Below are positions 48,910 to 61,000 of a stretch of 64,000 bases of DNA, piece by piece. The notes beneath the pieces were generated by a model that was not told the DNA's origin, did no database searches, and was given only the letters and a program-made list of their open reading frames with translations. The stretch is from Lama glama (taxonomy: Eukaryota): positions 558,001-622,000 of the forward strand of contig CM052825.1 in the NCBI GenBank assembly GCA_028534125.1. The letters are read 5' to 3'. Position numbers and translations under genes: made by a program. Each line of letters starts with the position of its first letter. The stretch's first letter is position 1.

Positions 48910-49051
48910 TTTTTTTAAAATAATTTCTCTCTTTTTTACGAGGGGGAGTTAATTGTATTTGTTTGTATTTGGAGGAGGGGCTGGGGATTAGACCCAGGAC
49001 CTTGTGCAAGCTAAGCATGTGCTCTACCACTGAGCTATACTCTACCACCCC
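48910..49051 (-). mobile_element. tRNA-derived SINE, camelid type, near full length
   Basis: Minus strand: GAGTATAGCTCAGTGGTAGAGCACATGCTTAGCTTGCACAAGGTCCTGGGTCTAATCCCCAGCCCCTCC, then an A-rich segment, AATTAACTCCCCC and an A tail. Confidence 0.85.
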
Positions 49052-52000
49052 TGTAATTATTTTAAAATAAAAATTAAAAGAAAAAAAATTATGAGGCATC
49101 CAACCTAAGAAGGAGCGTCTGTGCCTCCAGGCTCGGGGAGCAGGGAGGGGGAGTGGCTCAGAGGCTGGTCCCCCACAGGAGCGGCACATCTTGGGGACAG
49201 CCCCCCATGCAAGGCAGAAGGAGTGAGGCCACCGGTGGGGACCAGCCTGGACAAACGCCCAGCATCCAGTCCCAGTCCTGAGCCCACGTTTTTCTCTGTA
49301 GGGGAACCTCTCGCCTTGCCACCTTCTCATCGAGAAGTCTCACTGGGTGAAAAAAAAACAAGACCCCACCAGTGTCCTCTGGGGCCTCGGTCAGGACACT
49401 GGCACAGGGTGGACAGCCTGCCCCCCATGACTCGGCCAGATCTGCCGTGGAAACGGTGTGCTTGCAGCCTCAGGGCCCCGGCCTCCTGGGCCACCTCTGA
49501 ATGGCAGGTGGCTGCGGGCCCCCGGACGTGGCAGGTGGGGGGGGGGGCGCCAGCACAGGCTGCTGAGAGCGAGACCTCCGGGACACACGCTCCTCCTGGG
49601 ATCTCACTCCCCCTCGAGGAGGCGCCTTCACACACACTATTTTTAACATTGATTAAAGGTTTGGGAAGAGAGAAAATAAACTCCCAGAATAAAGACTTGA
49701 GTTCTCTCCCCTCCTGACCACAGCTTCGGTGCACACATGTGTGAGGTCTTAACCGACGGCAGCCGTGCCAAATCTGGAAGCTGACTGGCGGGCGTCTGCA
49801 AGGCGCAAGGAGGACCAGGGTGCTGATGGGGAGGTTCCCACCAACCACCAACCAGAGGGCTGAGCACCGGCTTTGTGAAGGAGCAAAACAGGGAAAACAG
49901 GAGGAATGAGGGTGTGCACATCCGAGGTGAAGACGTAGGTCCCCCAGCAGGAGCCGGGCGCTGCCCTGCAGCAGAGTCCCCACTGCGGCTCTGGGGTGCA
50001 GGGGGAGGCCCAGGCGGCACCGGGACACACTCAGCACCACCTGGCTTTCGACTGCCCCACTCTCCCTCGCCATCTCTGTCTGACATTATGGAAGAATCCA
50101 AACACACGCACAAGGAGGAGAGTGTGCCGACTCCCGCTGCCTGCGGTGTGTCTTCCCTCCTCCCCGTGCCCCCAGACCTCCCGTCAGCGCTTCCCACACC
50201 CCGCAGACACTCAGGTACGTCCACACACCCAACACGAACAAATAAGCACACGCGTAACTACAGCAGGATAGCGTTCTCTAAGTAACGGAGTATCACTGCT
50301 GATTGTACCGTTTGGAAACCAGACCGTGAGTTCTTCTTGGCCAAGAGTGCAGCAGACAGGTTTGATCAGGGTGAAACACCAAGTCGTGCCCCGACCTCGG
50401 GGCATGTTACCTCGGCTGCACGGCGGCTGCCCCGAGTCGCACAGGGCTCGACGTCTCCCGGGCTCCCACGCGCAGACTTCCTCCACGTCCCCAGCTCTGA
50501 GGAACATCCAGAAACAAGCTGCAGAGCGTGCCCCTGCAGCCACGCCCGCCCTTCCTGCCCACGACCACTCACCGGCCACGGGGAACCTGCCCCTTGTGAA
50601 GGCTGGGGGAGCGCCCCGGGTCCACGGGCAGGGGCAGCACAGACGCAGAAGCAAGGTGTCCACTGCGGATGAGGGTCTGGTCCCTCCCCCGGAGCCGGGA
50701 GCGTCAGGGGATTTTGCCAGAGCCCTTGACTCAGGACTAACCCGGCTCCATGCGAGACGCTGCAGGGCTGCGTGGGGCAGCTCCCCTCGGGGCCTGAGCC
50801 CCCCCACGCACAAAACAGAGCAACGCCGCGTCCCCTGCGACGAGGCTGCCAGGGGCCCTGCACTGAGCCGAGCTGTCTGCTCTGGTCAAGAGCCAGCCTG
50901 GCCTCTCTAAACGGTGCCTCCACCAGGATTCCTAAATGCAAGAAATCACTCCGTCCAGACTGCCCAGGTCTGCTTCAGAGAAAGCGGCTCAAGGCCGGTG
51001 CCAGGGGCCCCACCCAGGCCCCACGGGCTTCCTCTGGGACACCCGGCTCACCTGAACCTTTGTGTTCCCCAGAGAACAAGCAGGTCTCTCCGATGCAACA
51101 GCCAACGTGGCTGAATAGCTGCGTTGCAATAAAGCTCAGTTAAAAAGGTCGTGGGGCCAACTCTGAGATACCCTTGCCGCTTCGAGGTGAGGGAGGAACA
51201 AAGGCTAGAGCCCCGCACGCCTGCATCCTCCCCTTGCCTGCAGACAGCGGTCGGGGGCACTGCTCCCAGTCCTACAGAGACGCGGCCGCCGAGGCCCGGG
51301 CTCTTCTCCCCGTGCTCTTCTCCCCGTGCCTGCGCGGAGCAGACAGCCCGCCCCCAGCCCCAGGCCCCGCGTGCTCCTCACTAGCATCTGCTGGGCCCCC
51401 ATGGGCAGTGAACTGTCCTTCCCTCCACGATCCTCTGCTGGAGGGGCTATGGGAGAGCTGGGGCAGCTGGGGAAGATGGGCTCACGAGGGGTCTAGAAAA
51501 AGGGCTGAGTTCGGCTGGTGGGCAGCCGCTGTCCCGGCAGGACTGCACCTAGAATCAGAGTGCCCCAGGTCCCGAGTGGACAGCTGGACTCCTCCTCGCA
51601 GAATGTCTTCCCTGCTTCAGTGGGGTCCTCATGCACCCACCCGGTGTCCTGGCGCCCTCCCCTGGCTCCCCCTACCCAGCTGCCGTTGGCTGTTCCAGGG
51701 GCTCTTGGGAGGGGCCACATTTTCCAGACCTCAGAGGCACCACCAAGGCTATGCCTGGGCTGCCAGGCGTGGGGTGCGCCTGTCCGCCTCAGGCTAGACA
51801 GGGCACTGGGGCAGGTGGAGGGGCCAGGGCTCCAGGCATGGCTGAAGCCGTGGCTTGGGGCTCGGCATGGTCTCTCTCGGCCCCAGTGGCCCTCCTCTGG
51901 GCTGGCCCAACCGCACCCTCAGGCCAACTCCAGGGGTCCCCGGTGCCCCCTGCAGAGGACCTGTGCATCGGCTCACTGCCTGCCTTGGCCAGCCCCTCAG

Positions 52001-53379
52001 CACGCTGCCCTGTCAGAGCCACCAGTCTCCCACGGGCTCCAGCTTACCCATGCCCGAGAAAGGCACAGCTCAGGCAGCGCTGCACTGGACGCCTGAGTGG
52101 GGTAGCCCCCAGGCCCTGCACACGGAGGGCTGCAGGGATGGCTGCCAGCTAAGAACGACACTTGGTATGGTCATCAGGCCAGAAGACTTCATGCACCATC
52201 AGACACCCATCCTGGTGCGTCCCGTGTTAAAAACAGGAAGATCTGCTTCCCCAGGGGACAGAAGAGCCACTGGCAGAAGCCATGCGGGACAGGATTTGGT
52301 GGAGCGAAGAGGCAGGTGCAGACGGAGGCAGGGAGGCAACCGCACCGATAAATGACGGCCTGTGACGACCACACAGAAGCCGCTGGCCCAGCTCACCGCT
52401 GCTGCCCATCTCACCGGCCCTTCCCAGGAGGGGCTCCCCACGCTCCTGGGCCCTGAGCAACACCAAGTACAGGAACCGAGCCACAGAGACGTCAGAACAC
52501 AAGCCACACTCCTGGGAACGAACATGTGAACCGTAAACGTTCCTCGCCCTTGGTCGACCTCTCATGTAAAGTCACACCTCCCTGTAGGTGCATCATTACT
52601 AAAAAGAGGCTGCACCTTTGGAAGGAAGGAAGGAAACCAGCCTGCCTTTTGGCGGGGCAGTGGTGACCCTCTGTCACCCTCCCAGCTCGCAAGAGAAAGA
52701 CCAGACACAGGCTCGGCCAGCAGCCCAGGGCCCCGACTGGGGGGGGGGGGGAAACGCGGTAGCGGCACGACCAGCAGGGGGCCTCACCGAGCCCGCAGCC
52801 CACGGGGTTGGGGGGCAGCTCGGGGGCAGCTCAGCGGGGCACCCACTGCCGGGCCGCCCTCGTCCTCCGAGGTAGGGGAGCTGGCCCTGTGAACACGGGC
52901 CTCCTCCCCGCCCCAGTGCGTGCCTGCCCAGGCACAACGGTCCCTGCAGACAGACAGACAGACAGACGGCTGGGTCTTGCACAGGAGTCGGCATGCGCTC
53001 TGGGAGCAGCTGGTGCAGACTGCAGAGCTGCAGCCCTCCGGGGAGTTTACACTCCCCGGCTCAGCAGAGGGGGCTCACTTTGAAGGCTCCCCGCATACGC
53101 AGACTCTGCCGTCTGGCCTGGGTGCCTGCTTGGCAGGGGAAGTCTTTCCCTGCGGATGAGGCAGCCAGATGACCTGAGGGCTGAGGGGCTTGAAGGGAGC
53201 TGCACTTCCCCACTTACGATCGGCAGCTTGACCAAGCGCGAGCCCATGGGCAGACTCGTTAAGCCTGGCCTTCAGGGGACTCTGACCAGGAATCCTGGGG
53301 CCCAGGGCCTTTCATAAAAAAGGAGGTAACAACACTTTTTAAGACTGCGGGGATGACCCCAAATCCCCAGCCCTAGGTT

Positions 53380-53490
53380 AGAAGTTGAAGACTACCTAGG
53401 TGCCAATTCTGGTGCCACTCTCTGCTGTGTGACCTTGAGCAAACTGCTTGAGGTTCCTGAGTCTCCATACAATTGAACGTGAGGAAAGTA
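53380..53490. mobile_element. MIR fragment
   Basis: CTGGTGCCACTCTCTGCTGTGTGACCTTGAGCAAACTGCTT resembles the MIR core. Confidence 0.55.
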
Positions 53491-53649
53491 CTGCGTTTTC
53501 TGGGTGGTAAGGCACATCTCCCCATTTCAGCATCTCTGAAATCAGGGTTCTCTCTGTAGCCGACCGTGTCAGAACTTAACCGGCAGACTGTTTTCTTGTA
53601 GTGGTCCATGAAGTGATGATCTACGGAGCACAAATGGAGTCTCAAATTT

Positions 53650-53738
53650 GATGAAATGTGGGAGTGTACTCTGTATTTTATGCTCAACTCTGCTGTGAGC
53701 CTGAAACTGCTCTAAAAAATAAAGTCTATTAAAAAAAA
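53650..53738 (+). mobile_element. L1MC-type 3' terminal fragment
   Basis: GCTGTGAGCCTGAAACTGCTCTAAAAAATAAAGTCTATTAAAAAAAA, the same terminus as at 47375-47413. Confidence 0.75.
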
Positions 53739-54499
53739 CCGGGAGTATATCCCTCGAAAGGCTGCTCTGGGCCCAGAGCAGGAGCGGCACAGGCTAAGCT
53801 GGGCATCGGCGCTGGCTGGCAGTGGCCAGTCCTGCCCCGCTGTCGGATGCCCGCTGTCACAAAAGTCCAGTGCTGGGGTGAGGAGCAAGTTACTGTCATG
53901 ACGACAGGGTGGAGGTAGGGGCCCCAGGGGTCTACAAGTGGCCTTGACAGAGAGTGAGATCTGGCCCTGCCCTTCAACCAGAGGGAGTGTGGTCCCCCAG
54001 CTGACCCCCGACTTCCCTCTCGATCCATGGTCAGGAAGCTGTCCTGTCAAGCAGGATGGCCCAAGGTGGAGCCCTGGGCCTGGCCGGCAGGACCACAACG
54101 CTCAGGGCCAGTCTTGGCGGCTGTTCCCTTCAGCCCCTGGTCACACAGCAAATCTGGATGAATGCCACAACCTGCATACTTGGATTTCACAAAGAAACGT
54201 TCTGAGAAACTGAGCCAGAACGTGCTGCCAGGAGTCCTGCCCCAGCACAGGGATCAGAGAGCCGGTGACCTCACTCTCAGCTTCCCCAACACCTAACTAT
54301 AGAAGCAGGTACAGAATTAATCCACTACGAACAAGGCACTGTCTCTTTAAATGGTTTTCCTGCGGCCAGTTCAGTTTACAAAGAAATTCCTAAAGCCAGG
54401 AAGTAAACGGTGAGTTTGGAGCCGCCGAGCACGCTTCAGGGAAGAGGAGCAGGTGCACCCGGCAGGACCCATTCCGACCTTCGGAGGGAGGGGGCGTCT

Positions 54500-55050
54500 G
54501 TCCCCTGCAGCTTAGAGCGCGTTTGGCCACCCGACCCCGGCCGGGCCACTGGGTCTGAGCGCCGGGAACCCAGGCCCAGGGGCGGGGCTCACCGGGGCGT
54601 GGCCAAGCCCGGCGAGCTCCCGGGGGCGTGGCCTGGAGGGCGTGGCCAGCGGGCAGGCGCGGTCACGTGTGTACACAGGCCCGCGCGGCGTGCGCGCCGT
54701 GAGTCCTGCCGCCTCCTCGGAGCCCGTAGCTGCCCGCCCGGCGGCCACTGCGTGGCCAGCGGCCCAGCAAGCCGGTGAGTGGGCGCCGAACGCGGGGTCG
54801 GGGGCGGTCGGCCACATTAGGGTCTCGGCCTGCACGGGGGCAGCCCGGGGACGCGGCGGCCCCGCGCGGCCAGTGCTCCGCTCGGACTCTCGGGTCCCCC
54901 GGCCCCGCCCTGGCGCTGTCCCCTTGAGGGTGGGGGCGCTGTCCCCATCCGTGGCTGCCCTCCAGCCGCGCCGAGCCCAGCGCAGCGAAGCCGGGGCCGC
55001 TGCCCTGCGGTCATTCACCTGTCCAGCGGCAGCTGAGATCTGCTGGCCGC
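54500..55050 (+). promoter_or_regulatory. CpG-island promoter and probable non-coding first exon (~54690-54774) of GPR146
   Basis: GC box ~54579; three GGGCGTGGCC (Sp/KLF) copies at ~54595-54647; E-box GGTCACGTG at 54661; consensus plus-strand donor CCG|GTGAGT at 54774/54775; compatible acceptor at 63333. Confidence 0.7.
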
Positions 55051-58000
55051 CTAGGAGGTTCCGCACATGCCCTGCGGGGGACTGACTGCGTCCTCCTGGG
55101 TCGCCATGGTTATAGCTTTCGTCCCTTTTTGATGAAAATTGATTGTAAAATTTTGGTAAGTTCTGGAACAATCTCTAAATGGAGACATCAAGTGTCGTTA
55201 ATGGTCTTGGGCATTTGATGAGAATATAGACTCCCCTGGGCACGCAAAGCCTTCAAAACCTAAGGCATTGGTGCTCCCCAGGCTCTGAACACCTATCCTA
55301 CCGGCAGCAAGAAACCCAGCACCGAGTTAGGGACGCAAACATGTCAGCGCGGTTCTCTTAAGCTGGCCGCTGGTCGGAGTGCAGCGGTCTGACCAGTCTT
55401 TGTAGCGCGCGGACCGACGTAAGTCTGTATCTGATAGACGGCCCAGAGCTGCACTTGTCCTCTGATCTCCCCTCATTGCTGGACGTGCACTCCCTCCGCA
55501 GCTCCTCCACCTGTACATAACCAGCTCCTTATCTTAAGGGGCCAGCAGGGCACATCTAGCAGGGGCTAGCGTTCAGTAACGGTGGCCAGAAGCTTGCTTC
55601 ACAGGCCTCGGCAGATATGGGAGTGTGAGTAAGATGGCCTGACCAGGGTCCCAGGCTGCTCACGCGTAACGGGGAGCATCGTGCCTGGGTGCTAGCCGGG
55701 GCACCTCTGGGTGACAAGAGGCACTAGTAATGACCGCGGCAAGGGTATGGCTGCTGAGCTCCTTAAGGAAGTGCTGTAGGTCCAGCTCTCCGAACCAGAA
55801 CCTCAAGTATCTTCCCAAACGCAGAAGGCCTCTAGAGATAATAGGCTTTGAAAAGCCGCGGCTTCTATCTGGGGAGTGCTCGCCCTGCCAAGTCACGGAC
55901 AGGAAGCTGGGGCTGGAGCAGGGGTGCTCCTGCCCCAGGGCCACATACGCAAGGGGCATCTGGCCAGGGCCCTGCCCATGGCCACTGCTCTGCTGCCTCC
56001 CTGGTGGGTATGGAAACCTCCTGAGGAAGGAGGCGCACAGTGTTGACTTGGGGGACCCCGGGACTCGGGGAGAAAGGCACAGACCTCCACCTGACGGAGC
56101 AGGGTGGGGGGTGAGGTTCGATGTGGAACTGGTTGTATCTATTACGTAGTGAAAAAGTGACTTAACTGCAAAGACACCTGCCAGGAAACACGCGTGTGTG
56201 ACTGGTCGGGGCTGTGTTCTGGGGCGGGGAGAGGACGGAGCTCCTTGGGGAAGCTGCATCCACCTCCCAGGCCCTAGGGTGTCATCTGGATTCCTGAGAA
56301 AACAGCCTGCCACCTGGCCTTTCCTGACCCAGCGACACACCAGGGCCGTGTCTCGGGGGTGGGGCTGTGGTGTCAGAGCGTCCAGCTTTCCCCTCACCGC
56401 TGCTGCTCAGCTCTCTAAGGATAAAGCCACCTGCACGACTGGGCAGCACCAGGCTGCATCTGTCCACAAGGTCTACGCCCAGGACCCCTAAACACTACTC
56501 AGGCATCAAAGAGCAGGGGGGACTCAGTGTGGAGAGTAAAAGTGAATTTGCCCTCTAATTTGAGAGGCCAAAATGTGATCCTGCCAAGGAACAGAGTTTG
56601 GTCCCCCAGGACCTGTAAACAGAACACCCTTCAAGCAGCAGAGGGACAGGGTGAAGTGGGCCGGGTGTCCCATGCTTCCTCAGCAAATCGCCCTGGGTCC
56701 CTTTCCTCCCACACATGCCGGCAAGAGGGCAGGACGCACCCTGGAGTAAGTTTCCTAGTTTCAATTAGAACCAAGGAAGCAACTGTTACTCTTAGACCAA
56801 ATATAATAAGTAAAAATAACGGCTGGTTCCTCCCTTGGACAGAACCACAGGTGGTGATAAGATCTGGGGCTCTGAGCACCTCCCCCAGGTAACAGCACAC
56901 CAGTCAAAAGCTGGGCGAGCTGGGGGAGTCAGTAGAGTGCCAGGCCTGCCTGGAGTCTGAAACGGAGCCTGGAGCCGTCCTCAGCCTGGCCCTTGAATTT
57001 CTTTTTGTTCCTCTTTTTCCCGGCCCAGGGTACCTGGGGGGAGCAGTAGCCTCAAACCAAGTCAGGGAACAAAAAAGCCAAGTACCTAGTGCTCCGGAAA
57101 CAGAGAACACGTGTCCCATCCTCCTCCAGGGAGAGGAAGCCTGGGGCCGGGGCAGGCGCCCTGCTGGCCCAGCCAGCGGCCAGCCGGCCTGGTTCCCCAC
57201 AGCCCTTGCTTCTCATCCATGCAGGCTGGGAGGCAGCTTAGTTTGTGCATCTGAGCCAGGCTGGGTTTTCACTCTCACTACTCTGCAGTTTAGAACCGCA
57301 AAAAGCAAAAGGCTACAAAAATCAAAACCACCCATCTATATGATGAACTGTTTCTTATCGCAGCCCAGGAAGGCCCAGCGTCTGTGATAGGAATCAGTGT
57401 GCGCAAGCTCTCCACACTGAAAACCTACGAAAACACCAGCCTTTCCGGAGCGTCTGGCTCCAGCCAGCTGGATGTTAATTGTAGCTAAAGCGTCTGCCCG
57501 TTGTTACAAAAGGAAATAAACATTCAGGAGTCATTTTCAAAGCATTTTGATGGCTCCAGAACGTTCATCTGAAGTCCAGGCACAGTGCACAGCAGGTCTA
57601 GAGGACAGTTGGCCAGGCCGAACTGTCTGTCCAACCAGGAAGCACTGCCTGGGCCTCTGAAGCGTCAAAGGGGACACGACTGTCCTCGCGACAAGAGGCC
57701 TCCTGGGCTCTGCTCTGCCCTCTACGCAGTGGGAAGAAAAGCCTTGACGCCATCTCCTGCATCTCTCTCCCCCACCCCCCACCCCCAAGGAGCCAGCCAG
57801 GCCTCGCACACATTAAGAAGGCCCCACTTCCGGGAGCTGGCAGCAGGTGGGAATGGGGGAAGGGGGAGGGCAGAACTAGCACAGCCCTTCTCCCAGGAGG
57901 TGACCTGGCCTTCCATTTCTGCCAGCTCTGTGCATGTGCACACACATGCACATGCAGGAGTCCCCTGCCACCATGCGCCATGCCACCCCCGCCCAGGCTG

Positions 58001-61000
58001 CTGCTCTGACCCGTTTGTGACATCCTGTTTCCATGGAGAGCACTGAGTCCTTCAGCCTTGAATTTTAGCAAGCTTTTTAGTTGCCTGCAAACAGTCACTT
58101 TTGAAGGGTTGGTTTCCACCGTTCTGGGCTCTTTTTTCAAGAGGCCTAGGAAGGACACTGACGTCTGGCCTCAAAACGCTTCCAGCAGCTGGCCTGGCTG
58201 GAAGGCAGGCCTTGCCAGCAGTGAAAGAGCAGGGACCACGGGGCGCATGCAGACAGGGGCCTCGTTGGGGAGAGGAGCCTCAGACTCTGTCCTGCATCTG
58301 GGTGGAGAGAGCCGACCCCTTGGGGTGGAGCACGTGGCCCTGGAGTGGGTGAGGGGACGGAGCTTGGTAAAGCCCTTGCGGCCCCACGGGGACCTGAGTC
58401 CCATGAGAACTCACACTTGGTTGTGACCTTGCTCTGGTCCTCCGTCCTCCCTCCCAGTTTCCTCTCTCCATGTGTCAGTTGACAGAGATTCCAAATGAAA
58501 GTTCACAGGATGGCTTCCTCTGCACAGAAGGGAATCCAGGAGGAGGGAGGAGGTCTGTGCTGCCCCAGCCCCAGGGGGTCACCAGGGCTCGCCCTCTGTT
58601 TCATGCATCCTCCCAACAGCCTCAAGGGCTTCCCTGAACTGGCGGACAGAGCTACTCAGTCCCCGCCCAACCACAGCCACACAGCTGGGAGCAGGGGGCC
58701 CGGGGAGCCCCGAGCCCGACCCAACCGTGTCAAGTCCTGGTCCCAGGGCCCTCTGCACTTCACACTGTCACCAGAGTTCTCCTGGCCACCTGCAGGTCCC
58801 TAGTACGGGGTGGGATGAGTCAGGCCGGGGGGGAGCGCCTGAGCTGCTTTCTCAGAGTGCAGAAACCCAGGACAGGAGCCCTGGTTGCAGGAGGGCCTGG
58901 ATTCCCGCTCCTGGGCCCAGGTGTTCCCAGGTGGGGCACTGCTGGGAGGGGGAGGGTGGCCCTGCCCCGTCTGTTCCACTCCATTGCCTGGGCCCCCGGC
59001 CCATAATAGGGGAGAGCTGCTGTCCCACTGGGGAAGCCCCGGCCCCTCCCGGGTTTCAGGACTCCTCGGACCTCGGCAGAGGCGTGGTCTGTCAGCTCAT
59101 CCTCTCTGTGGCCTGCTTCCCCCTCCAGCCCCACTCCTGGCCCACGTCCCGCGAGGCCCTTTCTGCCTAGTGTGCTGTGCTGCCTCGCCCGTCAGCATGG
59201 GTCCGGCCCCCACCCAGGCCTCAGGGCCGGCTGCTGGGGGGCTCCTGGCCCAGCGGCAAGCACCGAAAAGGAAGAAACCAGATGTCCTGGAAGGACTTGC
59301 TCAGGGCTCAAAGCAAGGAACCATCTTCCACGATTTCCGAGCCAGCAAGGAGCGCTGCCCAGGGGAGCTCAGGCCAGGGCCACCCAGTCCTGCGCTCACG
59401 TCAGGGGCCGCCTTGGACTCGGCAGCCTCAGCGTCTCCAGCTTCTCCCTGCCTGAGCCTGGAGCAGCTGCACCTCAGTGCCTCGAGCCCAGCTGACAGCC
59501 CCGCCAGGGAGCCACCCCCACCCCCCGAGGGGCTCGCACAGTGTGGCCGGGGGGTGGCCAGGCCTTCCCAGGGCTGGACGTTGGCAGGTCTGGGAGAGCA
59601 TCTCCTTGGAAGGTAACTACTAGAGCTGAGAGAGGTCTTGGAAGAAAATACTTTGACATTTATGACGAATGTCACTCGAGTGTAGGATCCGGAAGAGAGG
59701 GCTCTGGAAACAGCTAGTCCTTAGAAGCTTCGATGAGACAGAATGCCCCAAAAGGGCTCCCTTCCCTGGGCCTCCCGTGGACCCTCAGAGACAAAACCGC
59801 CACCTCCATGCGTACTGACCTCGCCCTGCCCACCCTGTCAGAGGCAGCTGCTCTGTCAGATCACTGTGTTGTCCACGTGGGCAAGCCCGAGGTCCACCAG
59901 CAGCTTGCAGAGATGCTGCATGGCAGGGCCACAGCCCTCAGCGCCACCAGTGGACGCAGCCTTTCCGACCACGAACCCCTGGCCTTGAGTGCCTTGCCTA
60001 GCTTTCCTCTAGAGGAGAGGCCACTGGGTCCGAGAGATGACCCTCTGTGTTGCAGGAGTGGTGACCTCAGCTTCGTTCCCATAAAAGCTTCCTTCCCGCA
60101 GCCCCAGCACCCTGCGAGCTGCGTAAGCAGCGAGCTGAGAGCATCACCCCTACCCTCACTGGACAGCAGCCCCTCCAAGCCACGTGCAGGCCAGCCTGGG
60201 CATCGAGATGCTGGCCTGACTTCCCGGTCCTCTCACGTTTTCTGTATTAAGTGTGGTCTTTGAGCTCCGCCCCCCCCCCCAGGTTGCCCTCTCTGTGATG
60301 CACACGTGGCTAAACTCGGAGGGAAAGAGACCCTGGGCAGGCACTGAAGCATCAAGGGCAATGTTCTGGGGTGGCTGAGGGCTCCCTGGGTGGGGCGCTG
60401 ACCCCTGCTTGTGAGCCTCAGGTGAGCGGTACTTCGGGGACCTGGCCCGGGGCCCTGAGCCGGCCTGCACTGAGTCAGTCTCTGCTCCGCCAGGCTGGCC
60501 TGCTGGCCCCCAGCCCGGGATCACCCTGCCCTGGAGCTGTGAAGACCTCTCTGCCCCCTGGGACCAGCGGGGAGCTGGAGGGGAGCGGGCGCTGGGGAGC
60601 CACCTGTGCTCGCAGCGCTGAGACAGCTGTCCCACCAGCAGAATCAGAAAACAAAACAAAACCCTCAGAAAGACGGGGTGCCAGTCCCCTTCACATCACG
60701 TTACTCTCCTTACAGGATAGCAGGACCCAGTGACCACCAGACCACCTTAGACAACCCCCGGCATGTGCCAGGGCCCAGCCCACAGAGCCACCTCCAGGCT
60801 CCAGCCTCACAGTGGGCAGGCCTCCTGCGGCCCCTCCCTGGCCAAGCCAGACCGGGGCCCGGCAGTCCTGCCGTGGCATCACTGTGGACCTGCCCGTGCT
60901 CGGCGTGCCCCTGCTCTGCGGACCGAGGCAGGTGGCAGTCCTGGCTCAGAGAGGCCACGCACAGCACATCACTGCGGAGGCCAGGGTCCCGAGAGTGAGC

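Noticed and set aside
48970-49051. tRNA gene
   Set aside because: A and B boxes are present, but I see no proper acceptor stem, and the SINE-type tail plus a second degenerate copy at 12090 indicate a SINE.
57929-57952. 10-bp-arm hairpin TGTGCATGTG-CACA-CACATGCACA
   Set aside because: It arises trivially from degenerate TG/CA microsatellite sequence and is too short for a pre-miRNA.
58885-59616. 243-aa plus-strand ORF with a PKRKK motif in the GPR146 intron
   Set aside because: Non-ATG start, low-complexity composition and no recognisable family. An alternative non-coding GPR146 exon here cannot be supported from sequence alone.
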